From Eledone cirrhosa (lineage: Eukaryota), in assembly GCA_964016885.1 (NCBI GenBank), contig OZ024743.1, positions 2,666,001-2,730,000 of the forward strand: DNA of 64,000 bases, given 5' to 3'. The position numbers and the translations under genes were made by a program. This document shows, piece after piece, positions 56,653-64,000 of the stretch (its first letter is position 1; every line of letters begins with the position of its first letter). A model generated the notes under the pieces. That model was given only the letters and a program-made list of their open reading frames with translations. It did not search any database and was not told the origin of the DNA.

Positions 56653-58399
56653 GTGACACCATTAATTATGCCACACAACATAGTGGTATTTGTACTTTTC
56701 AAGAAAACCTTCCTAATGCAATTTCATGACACAGGATATTAAGACATATTTAAATGTGAACATTTTAAAACAAATGAAACGGATTATTTCAAGTGGGTTG
56801 GTATTAAAAGTGTTAAAAAACTGATTCTTTGACATTGTCAAGGTTTATTTTTGTGTCTCTGAGCAGCAAAATGATACTTACCGGATTGAAAATTTACTTA
56901 TTTGTAAACAATATAAAATTCTTAACCCATAAAGAGAGTAATAAAATGAGACATGGTAAATAGCTGTGTGTGTGTGTATGATGTGTATGTTGTATGTGTG
57001 GTGCTCTTGTACTGATACAGGAATGAGAGGATTCTCTTACTATGACTTATATCCTTATAGGATAGGTTTGCTGTTATGCCATAGAAGTAAATAAATACCT
57101 ATTAATAGTTAACAACAACAAAGTCTTCTATATTGCACTTAAATTAACTACAATCATAGTTTACATAACATAGTCTTATACTCATAATATTGTGGGTTCG
57201 ATTCCTGGGTGGAACATTGGGTTCTTGAGCAAAACCATTTTATGTTTTTCCAATTCACTCAGATGAAAACAAGTGCCAGCAGCAACACCTGACGGGTTAA
57301 CCATGTAATGGACTGGCGTCCTGTCCAGGGCAAAGTTTTGTAGTTTCAGTCATTTAGCACCAACAAATCCTGGTTAAGCTCTGGCCTAATGAGTCTCCAG
57401 GCTTGGGGTAGACTTCAATTTTATTTTTAATCTTATACTTGGTTGGTTATTAAATTACCATCAAACTAAACATTTCCTTGTATTTGACATTGCGTATTGT
57501 TTGTATTAAGGCGATGAATTGACAGTTGTTAGAACATTAGATAGAATGCTTTGCAGTATTTGTTCCAGCTCTTTGCTCTGAATTCAAATCCCACCAAGGT
57601 CAACTTCACCTTTCATCCTTTTGAGGTCGATAAAAAAAACCATACCAGTCTAGTACCAGGGTCGATTTTCTCTCATTCTCTATCCTTCTATGGATGAGAT
57701 TCACAGTGTCCAGACCAGGAGGGGAGATAGGCTCTACCAGGTTTTAAAATAGCCAAGAAATGTCATATGTCAGTATTGTGCCCCTATAATTCCATCAGGA
57801 GTTGTGTGTTCATACATACATTTTCTTTTTGTATCAAGAGGTTGGTCAGTTGACATCAACATACATTTTCTTATGTTCTCAACCCTTTTGATACCAAATC
57901 ACTTGAACATGCTCAAAGTGTTTATATTTTTATATAAAATACCTTCCATCATAATTTTATGTAAGATCTTAAGTTATGATATAAAAACTGACTTAATCAT
58001 GAGAAAGTTATATCAGTAAATCTCTTACACTTCCTGATTATTTCCATACACACTGCCATACAACTAGATAGACATACAGACATTTATATACGCACACACA
58101 TACATATTGGTTCACCGTCCTTTTATGTGCCTGTTATTCCATGAGAACTAATTACCATTGTCTAAAAGAACAATGATGAAAACATAAGCATGAATAATAA
58201 TAATCCCCTAAATCTTTTCTCTACAACTTTTAACTGCATATTGCAACAACTCTTCGTCACTATTCTCCAAATGTTCTGCATGTGTTCTCCTTTCATTCCT
58301 TATACAATAATACTGATGAGACACCCCCCCACCCCCCACCCCCCCCTCTCCCCAATTCTTTCTCTTTGTGTATAATCTATTTATATTTACTTTGATATT

Positions 58400-59125
58400 T
58401 CTTCTCCAGTCCACTTGACGATGGACTCCTATATTTAACCAACATAACTGCCTAGATACTCATTGCAGTGACTAGATTTTTCACATTCAGATTGGATTTC
58501 AAAATCAGTTTCACTCTCTTTAAATAAGTGTCTCTAACCTTTTCTTTCATTTTCACATACAAAATATCATCCAGTTCTAAAATCCCCAAATATGTGTATT
58601 TCGCCACAGGCTGCTTTCTTATGGAGCAGAGAGAATTTGAAAATCCCAAATTTCATGCTGATGTCATTGCTCCATATCTGGGTTGTTTCTACCAATAAAT
58701 GAGTCTCTCTGGTTTTCAGGCTTCCCAACAGTTTCAGGTCATCCATAAATAGAAGAGGGTTCATGAATGGCTCTTACTTTCCATAATTTTAACCCACTTT
58801 AACTTTCCTTAGTGTCAGTATTATAGGTATATTATAACAAATAATAATGGTGAAAATTAGTCACCTTAGAAAATACCCCTTTTAATACCTACTTCCTCAA
58901 GTAGGACATTGCTTGAGTACAACTTGGTCTTCCACTCTAGCATACAAATAGAAAATTTGGGATGTTGTCAGCAATACTAGATATCTGCAGGTATTCAACA
59001 ATCTAAGAATAAAGCATCATATATGCCTTCTTAAAGTCAATCTAGGCCATAGACATGTTAGTATGATGTTTGTTTTACGATGCCTCAAAACTGTTTTATG
59101 GATAACCAGGTGATCCCTGATGTCT
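58400..59125 (-). mobile_element. Decayed R4/Dong-clade LINE RT fragment
   Basis: LLFMDDLKL..WSNDISMKFG..YTYLGILELD..YLKRVKLILKSNLN.KNLVTA, with an upstream IKRGIF*GD-like motif. Confidence 0.75.
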
Positions 59126-59344
59126 TGAGACAGTTTAGCATTTAAACTGGCCATATCCGGCCAGAATTCTCTCACCTCTTTCTGTTCAAACCAGCTGTAA
59201 CCGGCCACTCATACTGATGTTAAGTTATTGTTCTCAAAATAAATATGAAAATCTCATAAATTCGATATTATGTGAGATATTATGTAAGATAAAGCCTTTA
59301 CCACAAAAATACAACAGTAAATATAGAGTAATGTTAAAGAGTTA

Positions 59345-60660
59345 AAGATTACCTTGCAGTTGATTATATGTAAGTCCTTACGTTTCAGGATAAAATCCCT
59401 TCATCAAAAGATTAGTAAAAAAAAAAACTAGTTTGGAGCTGTATATTTTTTTTGTTGCTCTTAAGCTGCCAAATGGATCATGTGGTATGGGATCTAAGCT
59501 ATTGTTCTATCATTTTTTAAATAGAATGAAGTGCAGTACTGTGTATGTCTATGTTAACCCATTTGGTGTTGAGTTGTAGTTTGCTGTTGATTTGGGTTTT
59601 CAGTTTGGCTATAAGTATAAATTCTTTTATTCTGGGATTGGATACAGTATATCATGTATGTCCATAGGCACATGTCTTTGCAGCGGATAGGGCAGTTTGC
59701 TAAGTGTGCATTGGTTATTGTTGTCTTCAAGCCATTTTTTTTTATAATTATTTCTGCAGTGAAGGGTCAAAGTAGGCTAACTGTATAGTCAATCTCTCTC
59801 TGTGGGTGGCCTTGCAAAAGTTATAGTTATCTTGTTGAAGTGTGGCAATTTCAGGGAATAGGTGTTGGAAGAGGTCTTATGTTTCCTGAGCATAGGGCTT
59901 TAAAGATGACTAGTAGTGGATACTGAATATCTGTTGATATCTAGCACCTTTTAGAAATAAATGACTTCATTCTGTATGTATCCGATTTTAGCACAGAGGG
60001 AAGGGACTGATTTGCAGTGTACGAACAGGTCTCTGCAGAAGTTGATATAGATGTCACCTCATTCTGTTATCCTTAGTTGGAAGTCAAGCAGTGACAAGGA
60101 TCCAGTGTCATCGGAGTGTTCTATGCTGATCCTTATGTTATCATCCATGTTCGAGAATGTTTCAAATATTTTTTGGGCTTCTTCACGAGAAGATGTGAGA
60201 ACAAGTATGTCATCTACATATCTGCTGAAGAAGATTCAGAAGAGGCAGGTGCTGACCACTCTATGTTCCAGCTGGTCAATATAGGTGATGACCAGTAGGG
60301 CTGAAAGGCTGGATCTCATGTTTTGACTTGTTTGTTTGTAAGTGTGTTTGTGGGAAGTAAAGTAGGTATTTTCACTGTAGAAATGCTTATCAAAAGAACA
60401 GCTTGAAGATGATGACAACCAATGCACACTGGCAAACTGCCCCATCTGCAGCACAGACATGTGCCTATGGACATATGTAGCATACTGTATCCAATGCTCC
60501 AAATGTGGCAAATAATTTTACATCAGCAGCACTATATGACCACTACATATGTGTTGAGCACCTTAACAGAAATAAATGCAAGAACATAAAAATATAACAG
60601 TTAGTATCAAAGCCAGGGATAGGAAGACCAGCAATCTCTACACTAATTGATCCATTCACC
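59345..60660. mobile_element. Decayed PLE (RT plus GIY-YIG on the minus strand) with an inverted 3' arm
   Basis: The minus strand encodes FFSRYVDDILV..IRISIEH..LSLLDFQL. Plus strand 60400-60660 reads CLWTYVAYCIQCSKCGK*FYISST and mirrors 59470-59720. Confidence 0.75.
59372..59414 (-). ncRNA. Minimal PLE-type hammerhead-like motif (C3U variant)
   Basis: Minus strand: tctt TTGATGA a GGGAT ttt ATCCT GAAACGTA agga. It lies at the PLE 3' end, with a mirror copy at ~62945-62978 (+). Confidence 0.55.
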
Positions 60661-62897
60661 CACTTCCAGTATTGAAAAGAAAGGAAAAAATTTCAAATTT
60701 CACAAAATGGCACTTTTTTCCATTGTGACCCTTGTGGTCGTATATGATTACTTCCCTTAGTATTTGACTCTACCTCCCTAAGCTAAATAGTGAGAATCGA
60801 TAGTTTTTTTTAACATGACCATACCAAAATTGCTCTAAGTTTATAAATTATTAAGATAAAAGCATGACATTTTCATTGAAGATTTTAAACTGAATTTTCT
60901 AAAGGATATTGCCAAAAATTTCATATTTACTGAGCAGTAAATAAAATAAACGATTTAATATAATAAAATGTATGCAAACAGATTTTTTTTTTTTTTTTCT
61001 GTATCAACATATACATACTTTTATGGGAAATGTTCCAGATGATAGGGCTTGAAACAATTAATGGAGATTTGCCTGGCATTGCTCACAGCTTGCTTATGGC
61101 TCCCTTCTAATATTTTGTTTGGAGCACTTCTTGTAAGTTCCCTTTGTCCCTAAATCTACAAGCCAGATATAGTCCCCAATAAGTTGATGGGCCAGGTTCA
61201 GTCTGAAACTCAACTGGTACATTGTTTTTCTTTACCTTTTCTAGACAGGTGTTTATGGTTTGGGGATCCTTTCATCAACATAAATGACAAACATATAACC
61301 ACATCAACAACAAAATAAAACAAATACTTCCACCATTTATTCGACTTCCTTCCAATGCAGTAGCTGGCTTTTAACTGGTCTGCACGGTCCACTCTATTCA
61401 TGTGCTCCATATAGTCTTTTACTGCCCTTGAACATGATGCACTGCAATGTTCCCCAATCTTTTGTTTTCACCGGACACTTGTTAAATCATTAGGACTGGA
61501 ATTTGTGGTCAACTGTGACACAGACCTTTTATCATGCCAGGCTATTTCCACCAGGTTCCCTTTTTGCCTCTGTATTGTATCACCTTGTTGCTTCAATTTT
61601 GCTGAGATAACAACTTTTGACCTGGTTTTACTATTTTTTCTTATTGTGCTACATAGCATTCTTTAAATGTTCCTGGAATAGTTTGACCGAGGAGAAAACA
61701 TTATTTCAATATGTGAGGTGATTCCCCCCTCCCCTCTATATGTCCTTCATGAGGTCCTTCACAACTTTTTCTCCAAGTCCTTGTTCTGTTTGATTTGGGA
61801 CATTCCCCGTATAAACTTGGAAGTTGCTTACATAGCCATTTTGTGGATCAGACCATATCCACACTTTTATCCCACACTTTGTAGGCTTCATTGGAAGATA
61901 TTGTTTAAAGCTTAGTTATCCAGTGAAAGCAATCATACCTTCATCAATTGATGCTTCTCAGTGTGGACTATACTGTGACTTCAAGTTCCCATGTATTCTT
62001 TCAATAAATGGGCAATTTTACCATGGTCAAAGTAGCCACCTGCTGGATTCTGGTTGACATCTGAAATATGAAAATACTGCTTTAGTTTGTTCAATCTGTC
62101 CCTTGTAATCAATTCCCTGATCCTTGCCAATGGGAATAAAAAATACATGTTCTGATTAGGGACAAACACAACTCCCATTGCTATCTGAAATGCAATAGGC
62201 CCTCATTTCTGAAGCAGTTGTTTTGCCATTTCTGATCCAGATCTTTCATTTCAGCATATTTAATTGTTTTAATTCCCTGCAAATCGAACAAATCCTTATT
62301 AAATATTTGAAAGAAAAAAATCTAGTTCTTTCTTCTCGGCATCAAAAATATTTACTGGTCCAAGATTTCCTCTAAATGCATCAGCATCAACTTCAGAAAA
62401 TCGATCGCTCCATTCCAACATGGATTCGCTATTATCTTCATTTTCACTTGAATTCATCGATATATCATCATGAGTCAGATTCTGACATTAAATCAATGTC
62501 TGATAAATTCTGTTCATTATCAATAAAAGAATCATATTTCTTTTGCGTCAACTAAATCAGTTTTAGTAAAGCCTTTGAAAAAAGTTTCATTTTCACTTTC
62601 TGACACTATATTTGTTGTTATAAATTATCCTTATTAAAACGTGCCACTCTCTCTCTCTCAAAAAGGGGGCAATTAATTACAATGTGCTGTTATATTAAAA
62701 AATGATTTATAAAACACTCCCTTATTGATTTAAACTAAAAATAGTTTCCTAATCCAATCACAGTATTTTACATCAGATCACAACTGTAGTTGTGGTTTGA
62801 CTAGGAATGTGAAATGTAAACAAATGACTTATGGATTGCTTCAATTTTCATTGACCTTTTAATGTCAAGACTACAGTTGTAGTTAAGAAGCAAGGGG
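60660..62897 (-). mobile_element. Decayed piggyBac (PGBD4-like transposase pseudogene)
   Basis: The minus strand gives fragments SIDEGMIAFTG, KPTKCGIKVW..NGYVSNFQVYTG, WHDKRSV.QLTT and M..VDRADQL..Y...RKSNKWWKYLF. One terminus, GGG|TTAA, lies at ~62895-62901. The other terminus is not recognisable. Confidence 0.85.
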
Positions 62898-64000
62898 TTA
62901 AAAGCAACAAAAAAATATACAGCACCAAACTAGTTTCTTCTATTAATCTTTTGATGAAGGGATTTCATCCTGAAATATAACTGAAATGTAAAATCTGTAA
63001 AACCTATACTGAATGTAAAATCTGTAACTAAATGCTGCAATGCATTTTGTCCAACACTACCAATTCTGCTAATCCACCACCCTTTCAACACTCTAATCAT
63101 ATTAACCATAATCTTTTTATAAAATGAAATCGCAACAAAAAACACACTCGACAAACAGTTTTGTTACAATTTGGTGACAAAACTGAATATTACTTATTCT
63201 CTTTGATAAATAACAGGTAGTGTACTAATATGAATATTATTCATACTAGTATTGTACTAGTATTAATAATATTCCCTTTGTTAATCAACAGGTTATGTAC
63301 TAGTACTGATAATTGAAGTATAACATAATCATCATTTCTATGCTGGTGTGAGTTGAACAAGTCTGCCATACAGCAGATCACGGTTAATCTCAAACTCTTG
63401 TCTCATCATTATATATGGCTAAATATTATCAGATCTTGCCACAAATCAGTTATCATATTTCTAATGAAATACATTGCCTATGATTTTCAAATCATTTTGA
63501 AAATAATCAAGAATTTGAAAGGGTTTAGTAATGTAACTAATTTTCTCCTTATTAAGCTGATGTTTGTCATGACTTTACCCTTTTGTTGCCATATTTATAA
63601 TGAAACACACTGCCTATATTTGATTAATTTTTCAAATAACCAAGAATTTGGAAAGATTTAGTAATCTAATTTTCTCATTCTTAATCTGGTGTTTAGAACA
63701 TAAAGGTTCTTAATAAAATTGTGTTTGGAAAGATTTTAGGTGCATGTAAACACTTTAAAATAAACAGCTTTGTATCACAGGTCCAGTAGCAGTTTCAAGC
63801 GGTTTGGTATCAAAAGGGTTATGTATTCCATATTCATTTTACTGCATTCGATAGATTACAGCTGTAATGTTGTTTAACATCTTCAGTATTTAGCCCAATG
63901 TAGTTAACCCTACACTTGTTAAAATATTCTCATGAAATACTTGACATTTATCTTTCAAAAGGAAATCTGCTTATGGAGTAATTAATTCTCAACATCCTGT

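Overview
AT-rich, repeat-saturated eukaryotic DNA, most consistent with an octopus or other cephalopod genome (inferred from the CORE-type SINEs, RTE LINEs with (GAT)n tails and very long (TA)n/(TATG)n arrays). I could not support any host protein-coding gene, and the many Y/I/M/C/V-rich ORFs are microsatellite artefacts. Positions 1-18.5 kb are a (TA)n microsatellite field containing: a 5'-truncated Penelope-like element (PLE, Naiad-like, open RT C-terminus plus GIY-YIG); a near-full-length but broken RTE LINE; two tandem non-coding units that each carry a type I hammerhead ribozyme; further hammerhead-like motifs; and five asymmetric fold-back inserts, one of them a perfect palindrome built from the 3' half of a hammerhead. 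Positions 18.5-64 kb hold older TE debris: RTE, R4/Dong and PLE relics (two PLEs with inverted 3' arms), a decayed piggyBac, TTAA-MITEs, two non-autonomous Helitrons, several SINE families and minisatellites. All family assignments come from motif recognition by eye, not from database searches.
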